Shown here piece after piece: positions 8,839 to 18,384 of a DNA stretch of 48,024 bases. Numbering within the stretch: position 1 is the first letter of the stretch; each line of letters opens with the position of its first letter. The notes below the pieces were generated by a model. It searched no databases. It was not told the DNA's origin and worked only from the letters and a program-made list of their open reading frames with translations. This stretch comes from Candidatus Gottesmanbacteria bacterium (GTDB taxonomy: Bacteria > Patescibacteriota > Microgenomatia > UBA10105 > UBA927), in assembly GCA_016214885.1 (NCBI GenBank), contig JACRMP010000011.1:1-48024 (forward strand), in the 5' to 3' direction. A program made the translations under genes and the position numbers.

Positions 8839-10584
8839 ATGGAAACAAAACATTTAGATAACTTACGTCACTCATGCGCCCATTTGCTTGCCGCCGCCGT
8901 TTTGGAACTGTGGCCGCATGCCAAACGGACGATCGGACCTGCTATCGAAAACGGTTTTTATTATGACTTTGATTTCGGTGAGACGAAAATATCCGAGGCC
9001 GATTTCCCCGCTATAGAAAAAAAGATGCACGAACTCGTCCGCGACTGGAAATCATTTGAACGGCGCGAGGTTAACCGCGATGAAGCACTCACGGTGTTTG
9101 CCGACAATGAATATAAAAAAGAGCTGATCGAAGAATTTGCCGGTGAGGACAAAACGCTCACGCTGTACCAGTCAGGAAGCTATATGGATTTGTGCCGCGG
9201 GGGACACAGTCCGCATCCCAATAACGATCTCAAGCACTTTACCCTGCTCTCGGTGGCCGGCGCATATTGGCGGGGAAGCGAAAAAAACAAAATGCTTACG
9301 CGTATTTACGGCACAGTGTTTCCTTCTAAAACAGCGCTGGAAGCATATCTCGTCCAGCAGGAAGAGGCCAAAAAACGCGACCACCGGAAACTGGGACGCG
9401 AACTGGAGCTGTTTCTCCTGAGCCAGTCGGTGGGCGCCGGATTTCCGCTCTACATGCCCAAAGGATTTATCGTTAAACGGGAGTTGGAACGCTGGATCAT
9501 GGCGGAGAAAGAAGCCCGGGGGTACCAGTTTGTCTGGACGCCGCATGTCGCTAAATCAGCGCTGTATAAGCAATCCGGACACTGGCAGAAATATGATGCC
9601 ATGATGAATCCGATGAAACTCGAGGAGGACGAATATGTGGTGAAGCCCATGAACTGCCCGCACCACTTCCAGATCTATAATGAACGCCCTAGGAGTTACC
9701 GGGAGCTTCCGCTGCGGCTCGCTGAAAATGCGACGGTCTACCGTTTTTAAAAAGCCGGCGAGGTAAACGGGCTTTTGCGGGTGCGGAGCCTTACCCAGGA
9801 TGATTCGCATATCTTTGTGCGCCATGCCCAGATTGCAGAGGAAATCGACCGTATTCTGGATCTTGCCATGCAGGTATACAAAACATTCGGCTTTTCGGAC
9901 TTTATGGCCAGAATATCTGTCCGTGATCCAAAAAATCCGGATAAATACATGGGCGACCCCAAAAATTGGGACCGTGCGGAAGCAGCGCTTATCGCTGCTG
10001 TCAAAAAACGCGATATGCCGCATTTTGACGGTGAAGGGGAGGCGGCGTTTTACGGCCCCAAAATAGATATCGTGGTAAAAGACGCCCTGGGACGTGAATG
10101 GCAGCTCACCACATGCCAGCTGGATTTTGTCCAGCCTGAGAACTTTACCCTCCGCTACATAGATGAGCAGGGCAAAGAAGACCGACCGGCGGTCCTTCAT
10201 GTAGCGATACTAGGCTCCGTTGACCGGTTTATGGCCATCTTAATTGAGCAGTACGGAGGAGCGTTCCCCTTATGGCTTGCCCCGGTGCAGACCGTGGTAG
10301 TACCCATCGCGGAACGGCATAATAGCAAAGCTGCCGAGATCATGATGCAGCTCCGTGAGATGGGCATCCGGGCCGAAGTAGATACCCGGAGCCAGCCGAT
10401 GCAGGCAAAGGTTCGCGATCATACATTGCAAAAGGTGCCGTACTTAGCTATAATCGGGGATACCGAAATAAATAGTAATACGGTGAGTGTACGTACGCGA
10501 CGCGGGGAAAATCTTAAGGATATCCTCCTTAAAGACTTCCAAGCGAAGCTGGTAACCGAGATTGAGACCAAAGCAATTTCATAA
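8839..10584 (+). CDS. thrS: Threonyl-tRNA synthetase (no TGS domain), interrupted by a single in-frame TAA at 9748-9750
   Basis: RHSCAH, DLCRGGH, RDHRKLG, KPMNCP, GEAAFYGPK, anticodon-binding domain. Both ORF-track pieces are in the same frame and read YRF*KAGEVNGLLRVR. Confidence 0.93.
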
Positions 10585-11125
10585 ATTTAACCGGATCAAC
10601 TATCAGATTCTGAGTCCGCAGGTGCGTCTCTTGGATGAAAAGGGGGTTCAGGTTGGCATAGTCTCCAAACTCGAGGCTTTACAAAAAGCCAAAGAATTTG
10701 GGGTCGACGTTGTCGAAATTGCGCCAAACGCCAAGCCTCCGGTTGCCAAACTTATTGATTACAAGAAATTTAAGTATCAGGAATCAAAAAAAGACAGGGA
10801 AGCTAAGAAAAACGTTAAAAATGTAGGGGTCAAAGAAGTGAGGCTTAGGCCTTTTATCGAGCAGCATGACTTTGACACTAGGCTAAAAAGAGCAATTGAG
10901 TTTATCGAAAAGGGAAACCAGGTAAAGATAAACGTGCTCTTCAAAGGCCGCGAGCTCGGGAGAAAACAGTTTGGATTTGAGGTGTTAAACCGTTTTATCA
11001 AATCCATACCGGGCACCAAATTAGTACGGGAACCAAGAATGGAAGGCAGAATATTGGCCGCCATGGTAGTACCCGACAAAAAAGGTGAAGGTAACGCAAC
11101 GGAAGAACATACAGCAACTAATTAA
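10562..11125 (+). CDS. infC: Translation initiation factor IF-3 (non-ATG start)
   Basis: RINYQI..VRLLD, IAPNAKPPVAKLIDYKKFKY, KEVRLRP, FKGRE; canonical thrS-infC-rpmI-rplT order. Confidence 0.95.
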   Translation: MRPKQFHKFNRINYQILSPQVRLLDEKGVQVGIVSKLEALQKAKEFGVDVVEIAPNAKPPVAKLIDYKKFKYQESKKDREAKKNVKNVGVKEVRLRPFIEQHDFDTRLKRAIEFIEKGNQVKINVLFKGRELGRKQFGFEVLNRFIKSIPGTKLVREPRMEGRILAAMVVPDKKGEGNATEEHTATN

Positions 11126-11136
11126 CTAACAATCGT

Positions 11137-11346
11137 ATGCCAAAAATGAAAACCAGGAAAGTAGCGTCTAAACGGTTCAAAGTAACCGGGACGGGCAAAC
11201 TCGTGCACCGGGTACAGGGAGCGCGCCACATCAGACGCCGCAAAGACAAACGAAGGCAGCGGCGCCAGGACCGTCAGGTTGCTCTGGAAAAAGCGATGGT
11301 CAAACATGTTAGAATATATGTCCGACGCAAGAAAAAGGAGAGATAA
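11137..11346 (+). CDS. rpmI: 50S ribosomal protein L35
   Basis: MPKMKTRKVASKRFKVTGTGK; synteny. Confidence 0.95.
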   Translation: MPKMKTRKVASKRFKVTGTGKLVHRVQGARHIRRRKDKRRQRRQDRQVALEKAMVKHVRIYVRRKKKER

Positions 11347-11349
11347 CCT

Positions 11350-11700
11350 ATGAGAGTCAAACGCGGAGTTGCCAGTAAAGCAAAACATAACAAAATATTC
11401 CGGGCCAATAAAGGCTATCGGATGACCAAGAAAAAGCTTATCAAGGTTGCAACAGAAGCATACCTTCATGCGGGCGAATACGCTTTTGCCGGACGGAAAA
11501 ACAGAAAACGCGATTTCCGTGAACTCTGGATTACCCGCATTTCCGAAGCGAGTAAAACTCGGAATCTTTCCTACAGCTCATTCGTGCATAAGCTCAAGGA
11601 AGCCCATATCGAGCTTGACCGCAAAACACTTGCTAATCTCGTAGTGGAAGACCCGGCCGTTTTTGATGCAATTCTTGACGAAGTAAACACCGTCAACTAA
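11350..11700 (+). CDS. rplT: 50S ribosomal protein L20
   Basis: MRVKRG, RKRDFRELWITRI, LDRKTLA. Confidence 0.97.
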   Translation: MRVKRGVASKAKHNKIFRANKGYRMTKKKLIKVATEAYLHAGEYAFAGRKNRKRDFRELWITRISEASKTRNLSYSSFVHKLKEAHIELDRKTLANLVVEDPAVFDAILDEVNTVN

Positions 11701-11709
11701 TAGTTATCC

Positions 11710-11778
11710 ATGAGAACACAGCAATACTTTACGTTTTTCTTTACGAACTCGCTTCTGCGGGTGCCTTTGGGTGTATAA
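11710..11778 (+). CDS. Phe-rich attenuator leader peptide (pheM-like), MRTQQYFTFFFTNSLLRVPLGV
   Basis: Four Phe codons within five codons, between rplT and pheST, followed by alternative hairpins and a terminator. Confidence 0.75.
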   Translation: MRTQQYFTFFFTNSLLRVPLGV

Positions 11779-11802
11779 AAAGAAAAACACAGTAATCCAA
11801 AG

Positions 11803-11825
11803 ATCCCGCGAAAGCGGGATTTTTT
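11803..11825 (+). terminator. Rho-independent (attenuator) terminator
   Basis: ATCCCGC-GAAA-GCGGGAT-TTTTT. Confidence 0.85.
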
Positions 11826-12110
11826 ATGGATTACAAAGCATTACCTATGAGCACACAGGAAGAACGCATTTTAGCAATACGGGGAAGAGACCGGTACGAT
11901 GAGGGGCTGCGGCACTTGCGTGTCGTAGCAAACGGCGCGCGTGAGGGTGCACTGCCGTCGTTCCGCACACGGGCAGAGCGGCTTATTTCGTTTGAGCAGA
12001 ATCTGGATGATGACCGCCGCGGTAAACTACTCAACATGCTGGCGACAGGAGCTGCACGGTCAACCGAAGAAGCGTTGCTTCTCCTGGAACAGGAAATAGA
12101 GGATTCATAA
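11826..12110 (+). CDS. Hypothetical protein (94 aa; alternative start 11847)
   Basis: Fills the gap between attenuator and pheS; charged helical composition; no recognised motif. Confidence 0.55.
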   Translation: MDYKALPMSTQEERILAIRGRDRYDEGLRHLRVVANGAREGALPSFRTRAERLISFEQNLDDDRRGKLLNMLATGAARSTEEALLLLEQEIEDS

Positions 12111-12118
12111 AGTATTTC

Positions 12119-12148
12119 TTGTCATGAAGAACCCGGAAAACGTACAAT
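12119..12148 (+). promoter_or_regulatory. Possible internal pheS promoter
   Basis: TTGTCA-18 nt-TACAAT, 13 nt before the ATG. Confidence 0.45.
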
Positions 12149-12161
12149 ACTAACTACTACT

Positions 12162-13241
12162 ATGTCAGATGAATTAATAGCAGCATCGAATCTTATCAGC
12201 CTCCTTATAGAGGCACAGGAAGATGCGTTGGCCACCATTAAGGCAGGGAATAAACCGGAGAGCGAGCTCCGCCTCCAGCTACTGGGAGCAAAAAGCGAAC
12301 TAACCCGTCTTACCCGGCAAATAGGACGCGTACCCAAAGAAGAACGCCAAAAGATAGGCCCGGTGGTGACGGAGATTAAACGCTCCATTGAAGATGCGCT
12401 GAATGCGATCGCTACCGACGCTCCGCCAAAAAATAGCGATTGGGTAGACGTGACTACTCCAGGCATCAGACCACCGGAAGGGCACCTCCACATAGTTTCT
12501 CAGGCAATTATGGAAGTAACCCGCATATTTGAACGTATCGGATTTACCCGGGTGAGGCACCCTGAGGTGGACTGGGACTGGTATCCGTTTGAGTCACTCA
12601 ACATGCCTGCCCACCACCCGGCGCGTGACGAATGGGAGACATTTTTCCTGGAGTATCCCGGTAAGCCGGGTAAAGATCCTCATAAACAAAAAATAGTGCT
12701 CACTCCCCACACCAGCAACGGTCAAGTCAGGGAAATGGAAAAGGGGAAATTGCCTATCCGCATGATAAATATAGCTAAATGCTACCGGCGCCAGATTGAT
12801 GTATCGCACACCCCGATGTTTCATCAGTTTGAGGGGCTTTACATTGATAAGGATGTCTCCATCGGCCACCTCAAAGGAGTCTTTGACCATTTTGTTAAAC
12901 AATTTTTCGGTCCAAACCGCGAAACGCGTCTGCGCCCATTCCACTTCCAGTTCACCGAGCCGTCGTTTGAAGTGGATATAAACTGCGGTATATGTCTGGG
13001 AACCGGCAATCTTGCCAACGGATCACCGTGTAAATTATGTAAGGCAGGATGGCTGGAGCTTGGCGGATCCGGTATGGTACACCCGGTGGTGCTTCGTAAC
13101 GGCGGTATTGATCCCGATATCTATTCCGGATTTGCGTTCGGATGGGGTATTGAACGGACGTATATGATGAAATCAGGCACCAAACTTGACGATATCCGTC
13201 TTTTGTACAGCAACGATGTGCGGTTTTTGGAGCAATTTTAA
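12162..13241 (+). CDS. pheS: Phenylalanyl-tRNA synthetase alpha subunit
   Basis: HHPARD, PHTS, HTPMFHQFEG, FQFTEPS, CxxC..CxxC insert, GFAFGWGIER. Confidence 0.97.
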   Translation: MSDELIAASNLISLLIEAQEDALATIKAGNKPESELRLQLLGAKSELTRLTRQIGRVPKEERQKIGPVVTEIKRSIEDALNAIATDAPPKNSDWVDVTTPGIRPPEGHLHIVSQAIMEVTRIFERIGFTRVRHPEVDWDWYPFESLNMPAHHPARDEWETFFLEYPGKPGKDPHKQKIVLTPHTSNGQVREMEKGKLPIRMINIAKCYRRQIDVSHTPMFHQFEGLYIDKDVSIGHLKGVFDHFVKQFFGPNRETRLRPFHFQFTEPSFEVDINCGICLGTGNLANGSPCKLCKAGWLELGGSGMVHPVVLRNGGIDPDIYSGFAFGWGIERTYMMKSGTKLDDIRLLYSNDVRFLEQF

Positions 13242-13245
13242 TTTT

Positions 13246-15255
13246 ATGAATATTTTAGTACCTGACATCTGGCTGAGAAAATACCTATCCACCAAAGCTA
13301 CCCCGCTGCAGCTTAAGGAATACCTGTCGTTGTGCGGACCTTCCATAGAGCGCATTTATGGCGAGGGGGAAGAGACAGTCTATGATATAGAAATCACGGG
13401 AAACAGGCCGGATGCTATGTCCGTTATGGGCGTCGCACGCGAGGCGGCAACCATACTTCCGCGGTTTGGCCTACCGGCGACACTTACCGGCGACCCGTAT
13501 AAAGAAAAAGTAAAATTCCCCACGGTAAAAAAGCCGCTCCCGCTCACCTTAAAAACAGACGCGGAGCTTAACCCCCGCTGGGCCTCGATAATTTTTGACA
13601 ATGTTACTGTAGGCGAGTCTCCCGAATGGCTGCGCCACCAACTGGAACTATCCGGCTTGCGGAGCCTTAACACAGTGGTAGACATCACCAATTATCTGAT
13701 GCGTGCATACGGTCAACCCGCCCATGTGTTTGACTACGATCTCATTGAGAGTCATAAGATGACGCTGAGGGCGTCTAAAAAGGGTGAAAAGCTCATAACC
13801 CTCGACGGCAAGAGTCACACGCTCCCCGGGGGCGACATAGTCATAGAAGACGGGTCAGGGAAGCTTATCGATCTATGCGGCATCATGGGCGGGGAAAACT
13901 CATCGGTAACCAACAATACCAAACGCGTCATGCTGTTTATCCAGACCTATAACGCTTCCCACATACGGAAAACTTCCATGGCGCTTGGTCACCGCACAGA
14001 AGCAGCGGGGTTATTCGAAAAAGGCCTCGATACCGAACTCGTTACCCCGGTGCTTATGCAGGGAATGACTATGATGACCTCCCTAACGGGGGGTAGCGTG
14101 GCAAGCAACGTCACTGATCTTTACCCCAAACCATTTGTGGGGGAGCAGGTATCGGTAAGCCGGAAAAAAATCAATTCTTATATTGGTGTAATTCCTGATA
14201 AAGAAATAAAAGAAATACTTGTGTCTCTGGGATTTACCGTAACGATGCACGCTGATACTGTCTCTGTGCGTGTACCCAGTTACCGGAGGGATATTGCTAT
14301 CGATGTCGATATCATCGAAGAAATTGCCCGTATTCATGGGTACCACACCATCCCGTCTAAGCTCCCGGATCATGCACCGCCCGTTACCATGCCCGATCCG
14401 CAACTCCAGCTGGAAGAGCAGATTAAAATCCGTCTGCGCGACTGGGGTTACACGGAAACATACACCTATTCCATGATCTCGGAAGAACAGATGGATCAGT
14501 TTAACCTGGACAAAACAAGGGCATATACTATCGCTAACCCGCTGTCCGCGGAATGGATGTATATGCGTCCAACTTTATGGCCATCCATGCTTGCCACCGT
14601 AAAGACAAACTTGGAACGGGTAAAAAACGGAAAGTTTTTTGAGCTGTCCATGAGCTATCTCTGGCGGCCGGGTGATCTACCGGCAGAAACACCCATGCTT
14701 CTCGTCGCTTACACCGGAGATAAATTCCTCGAAGCCAAAGGTCTTATGGAAGCGCTGTTTGATCTCTATGGCATACCGGAGCCGGAATACGATACCACAG
14801 CTCACCATGATTGGTTGGATCCATCCCGTACCCTGCTACTAAAAGGATTCGGGTCCGTAGGCCTACTTAACACAACGCTTTCGAAAACTTTGGGCATACA
14901 TTCCCCGGTAACTATACTGGAGCTAAACCTCCTGGCGTTTGCTGCACAGGCAAAGGCAGGAAAAACGTACATTCCCGTTCCCAAGTATCCCAGTATTATT
15001 GAAGATTTATCGTTTATCGTACCGGATAAGTTTGAGATTGGCAGATTGCTCTCCGCCATGAGGAAGGCGCATCCATTGGTTTCCCGAGTGAGTTTACTCG
15101 ACGTACACAAGGAAACGCGCACTGTCCACATTGAATATCAGGATCCTGCTAAAAATCTTACCGGGGAGGACATTACACCCATACGGAAAAAATTGATTGC
15201 ACTGGCAGAACATGATTTCGGTCTAACGCTCCGGCAGGCCGCTATCACGGCGTAG
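13246..15255 (+). CDS. pheT: Phenylalanyl-tRNA synthetase beta subunit (short; apparently lacks the B2 OB domain)
   Basis: EITGNRPD, VVDITNY, GQPAHVFD, GIMGG, VPSYRRDI..DIIEEIARIHGY, IANPLS. Confidence 0.95.
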   Translation: MNILVPDIWLRKYLSTKATPLQLKEYLSLCGPSIERIYGEGEETVYDIEITGNRPDAMSVMGVAREAATILPRFGLPATLTGDPYKEKVKFPTVKKPLPLTLKTDAELNPRWASIIFDNVTVGESPEWLRHQLELSGLRSLNTVVDITNYLMRAYGQPAHVFDYDLIESHKMTLRASKKGEKLITLDGKSHTLPGGDIVIEDGSGKLIDLCGIMGGENSSVTNNTKRVMLFIQTYNASHIRKTSMALGHRTEAAGLFEKGLDTELVTPVLMQGMTMMTSLTGGSVASNVTDLYPKPFVGEQVSVSRKKINSYIGVIPDKEIKEILVSLGFTVTMHADTVSVRVPSYRRDIAIDVDIIEEIARIHGYHTIPSKLPDHAPPVTMPDPQLQLEEQIKIRLRDWGYTETYTYSMISEEQMDQFNLDKTRAYTIANPLSAEWMYMRPTLWPSMLATVKTNLERVKNGKFFELSMSYLWRPGDLPAETPMLLVAYTGDKFLEAKGLMEALFDLYGIPEPEYDTTAHHDWLDPSRTLLLKGFGSVGLLNTTLSKTLGIHSPVTILELNLLAFAAQAKAGKTYIPVPKYPSIIEDLSFIVPDKFEIGRLLSAMRKAHPLVSRVSLLDVHKETRTVHIEYQDPAKNLTGEDITPIRKKLIALAEHDFGLTLRQAAITA

Positions 15256-15271
15256 GCACGCCTCGTTGAGG

Positions 15272-17848
15272 TTATGGCGAAGCGGGCGTTGGTGTCGGCG
15301 TTGCATACGCCTCATTAATTCCTACATGAAGCTCGCGGTCAGACGCAGTGCCACGTTTATCTACTACCCGTACTTTTATGATATGGGAACCGTTTGCGAC
15401 GGTAATAGTTTCGGTTATCGACTTCTCATTTGATATTTCTTTCACCTTATTGCCGTCGACGTATATCTCAAATTTCTCAATGTCTGCGGTTGAAATCGCC
15501 GTTGCCTCAACCGTCACGCTATTGCTATCAATCCGTTCATTGTCCCCGGGTCTTTTAACCTGGAGGACGACTTGATTGGAATCACCACCGCTATATGTTT
15601 CCGTGGGTGCTTTGTATTTGCTGTCAGCGCCTGCAATCCAGCCGTTAATGCCTTCCTGCCAACGGTTTTTGCCGTCGCCTGAAACGGGGTCATCTTCCCG
15701 TAGTACTATAAAAAGCTTCTCATCATAATCTCCGGTGGCCACTTCAACCGAGTTAGCCAGTTTATTACTGTCCTTCCTCGATATTTTAAGCTTCTGATAT
15801 ATTGCAGCGGGTCCCGTGGGTTCGGAACCACGGACAAAAAACTCTTTGCGCTGAGGCTGCCCTTCAAACGGAAGGCCTCCGCCGAACGCATCGATATCCA
15901 TCTCTATCACATTATCCGGCCGCTCAAAGGGTTCATCGGGAATGTCCTTAATCGCTTCGCGCATGATACGGTTCCAAATGGGAGCGGCTCCCGTGATTCC
16001 GGATGCCAGAGTGGGACTCATAGGGGAGTTGTCGTTATTACCCACCCAGGTAACTACCACACGGCTTTTGGAATATCCCACGGTCCAGTTATCCCGCTTA
16101 TCATCGGTGGTACCGGTTTTTGCCGCGACCGTTTTACCTGATATAACTAAATGCGACCGCAGGCCGAACACATCCTTGCGGGCATCGTTGTCGGAAAGAA
16201 TGGAAGATATAATAAAGGCTACGTCCGGCTCCAGCTCAGGCCGGGGAGCGACCGGTTTATGCTCAAACAATGTCTTGCCGCTAGAATCCACGACCTTAAG
16301 GATTGCCGTCTGCTCCATCCGCATACCGCCTGTCGCAAATACTCCAAAGGCTGTCGCCATGTCAGACATACGCACCTCAGCGCCTCCAAGCGGGAGGGAT
16401 AATCCTACACGCTTAAGATTAGCATCGGTAGGCTCCCACGTTGTAAGCCCCATGACATAGCCCAATTTCAGCACATCCTTAACACCCACTAAGGCTGCTA
16501 CTTTAACGGCAATGGTATTTATAGAGTTAGCAAGCGCATACCGCAGCTGCATGGGCCCTCTATATTTATTGTCGTAATTTTTGGGATTATATTCAGGCTT
16601 AGACGGATCTCCTGACGGATACTTGGTCTCGACATCCATGAGCATCGTGCTCGCCGTATACCCGCGGGTTAATGCGGCAGCATAAATAATTGGTTTTAAG
16701 GTACTTCCGGGTTGCCGCAATCCCTGTGTCACCACATTAAATTTAAGGCCTGAACTATCGGTAGAAGCATAATCCTTGCTTCCCACCATAGCCAGTATTT
16801 CACCGGTTTTAGGGTCAGTGACAATGGCAGCGCCGTTACTAACTTTAAGTTTTTTGGCCTTGTCCACTTCTTCCTTCACCGCGAGCTGCGCTGCTTCCTG
16901 CAGTTTCCAGTCCAGCGTGGTTGTTACGGTGAGCCCTCCTGCATTGACCAGTTTTTCACCGAACCGGTCGATTAAGAGTTCCTTTATATATGCAACGAAA
17001 TGGGGAGCGCGAAGTGCTGAATCTCCTGCAGCAAACTGGATAGTCTCCATTTGCTTCTTCGCCTCACCTTCCTGAGCGGGAGTGATATATCCCTCTTCCC
17101 GCATGCGCCGCAATACATGTGCGGTGCGGTCTTTGTATGCCCCTTCGGTACCGGTAAACGGTGAATAATAGCTAGGAGATTGGGGCAACCCGGCAAGGAT
17201 TGCAGACTGAATAAGGGTAAGATCTTTTACGTCTTTATCAAAATAGTGGTTGGCGGCGGTCTTGACGCCCACGGCAGTTCCACCGTACGGCGCTTCGTTC
17301 AGATACATAAGAAGAATATCGTTTTTGCTGTACTTCCTCTCAATCTGAATCGAAAGCACCGCCTCCTTCATCTTCCGAGGAAGCGTGCGCTCCTGTGAAA
17401 GGAGAACATTTTTCACCAGCTGCTGGGTAAGGGTACTTCCCCCCTGGCACCGGCGCAGCAGGATACAGGCGGTCATACCCCGGAGAATTCCCGGCACCGA
17501 CAATCCCTGATGGGTATAAAAATCCTTATCTTCAACGGCAATAGTGGCATCTTTAAGATACTGGGGGAGCTCTTCCCATTTAGCGGGAATCCTGTTTGCT
17601 TCCTCGAATATGTCGTAAAGTTTTTCTCCGTTCCTGTCTAAGACCACGGTAGATAATCCTTCGCGCCGCTGTACCTTATCCGGGCGGGGGAGATCCTTGG
17701 CATACCAGGCAAAAAGAACACCTATGCCCAGCACCAAAACAATAAGACCAATGAACGCTGCGTATACGACAATGCTCCACAATTTCATCCGTGAGACATT
17801 GCTCCCAAAAAGCTTCCGCCGCTGCCGCTCACTGAATAAATCAGACAT
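15272..17848 (-). CDS. Class A penicillin-binding protein (PBP1A family) with C-terminal Ig-like domain
   Basis: TM helix, EDKDFYTH, GGSTLTQQLVKN, RKMKE, QPGSTLKP (SxxK), SIN, KTGT; start uncertain (17848-17893). Confidence 0.93.
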   Translation of the reverse strand: MSDLFSERQRRKLFGSNVSRMKLWSIVVYAAFIGLIVLVLGIGVLFAWYAKDLPRPDKVQRREGLSTVVLDRNGEKLYDIFEEANRIPAKWEELPQYLKDATIAVEDKDFYTHQGLSVPGILRGMTACILLRRCQGGSTLTQQLVKNVLLSQERTLPRKMKEAVLSIQIERKYSKNDILLMYLNEAPYGGTAVGVKTAANHYFDKDVKDLTLIQSAILAGLPQSPSYYSPFTGTEGAYKDRTAHVLRRMREEGYITPAQEGEAKKQMETIQFAAGDSALRAPHFVAYIKELLIDRFGEKLVNAGGLTVTTTLDWKLQEAAQLAVKEEVDKAKKLKVSNGAAIVTDPKTGEILAMVGSKDYASTDSSGLKFNVVTQGLRQPGSTLKPIIYAAALTRGYTASTMLMDVETKYPSGDPSKPEYNPKNYDNKYRGPMQLRYALANSINTIAVKVAALVGVKDVLKLGYVMGLTTWEPTDANLKRVGLSLPLGGAEVRMSDMATAFGVFATGGMRMEQTAILKVVDSSGKTLFEHKPVAPRPELEPDVAFIISSILSDNDARKDVFGLRSHLVISGKTVAAKTGTTDDKRDNWTVGYSKSRVVVTWVGNNDNSPMSPTLASGITGAAPIWNRIMREAIKDIPDEPFERPDNVIEMDIDAFGGGLPFEGQPQRKEFFVRGSEPTGPAAIYQKLKISRKDSNKLANSVEVATGDYDEKLFIVLREDDPVSGDGKNRWQEGINGWIAGADSKYKAPTETYSGGDSNQVVLQVKRPGDNERIDSNSVTVEATAISTADIEKFEIYVDGNKVKEISNEKSITETITVANGSHIIKVRVVDKRGTASDRELHVGINEAYATPTPTPASP

Positions 17849-17877
17849 TTGTATCACGGAATCCATTGTAACTTTGA

Positions 17878-17906
17878 TTGACAAAAATGACAAATTGTGA
17901 TATAGT
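17878..17906 (+). promoter_or_regulatory. Sigma70-type promoter of the T-box/tyrS unit
   Basis: TTGACA-17 nt-TATAGT with TG extension. Confidence 0.75.
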
Positions 17907-17930
17907 TTTTATCAACAATTGAATACGAAA

Positions 17931-18288
17931 AGCACTGAAGGTGATGAAGTAGTAGCTAGTCTGAGACAAGAGAGAGGAGACGGTTGGTGCAAGATCTCCC
18001 GTTAGATTACCTGCGAAATACTCGCCTGAGCTGAAAGGTTGAACATCCGCCAGTTGGCGGACAGTAGACCAATCCGGGTAAGCCCGTAACAGCAGAATGT
18101 GAATGTCGCAAATGCGGAGTTCACAAATGAGGCTTAGGTAGAACCGACCTCTGGTCGGTTTTTTTGTGGCTAAAATGCCGCTTTTTAGCGCGTGAACGCT
18201 CCCCTAAGCAAACCAAGGTGGTACCGCGTGGTAAAAAAATACCCCGCCCTTGTTCCTGATTATTTCAGGGATGAGGTCGGGGTTTTTT
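17931..18288 (+). ncRNA. T-box riboswitch, Tyr-specific (specifier UAC)
   Basis: K-turn TGA/TGA, AGTA/GAA S-turn, AGAGA and GGTGCAA motifs, specifier TAC at 18019-18021, CAAGG-TGGTACC-GCG...CGC-CCTTG antiterminator, overlapping terminator; tyrS lies downstream. Confidence 0.92.
18241..18288 (+). terminator. T-box terminator
   Basis: ACCCCGCCCTTGTTCCTGA-loop-TCAGGGATGAGGTCGGGGT followed by a T tract; overlaps the antiterminator 3' strand. Confidence 0.85.
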
Positions 18289-18290
18289 GT

Positions 18291-18384
18291 GGCAACAGCA
18301 TAGTGATAAGCAAATATTGCTGAGGTAGCCCCTCAAAGCAACTGGGGCAACAGCATAGTGATAAGCAAATATTGCTGAGGTAGC
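18291..18384 (+). repeat. 39-bp perfect direct repeat (18291-18329 and 18346-18384) including the first 11 nt of the tRNA
   Basis: GGCAACAGCATAGTGATAAGCAAATATTGCTGAGGTAGC twice, with a 16-nt spacer. Confidence 0.95.

Noticed and set aside
9748-9750. Genome-wide stop-codon reassignment
   Set aside because: TAA, TAG and TGA all end conserved genes at expected positions here (rplT TAA, rpmF TAG, tyrS and gyrA TGA).
10562-10600. Missing ATG for infC as an error
   Set aside because: Non-canonical start codons are normal for autoregulated infC.
18291-18384. CRISPR array or prophage att pair
   Set aside because: Only two copies with a 16-nt spacer; the repeat includes the tRNA 5' end; no cas or integrase gene in the window.
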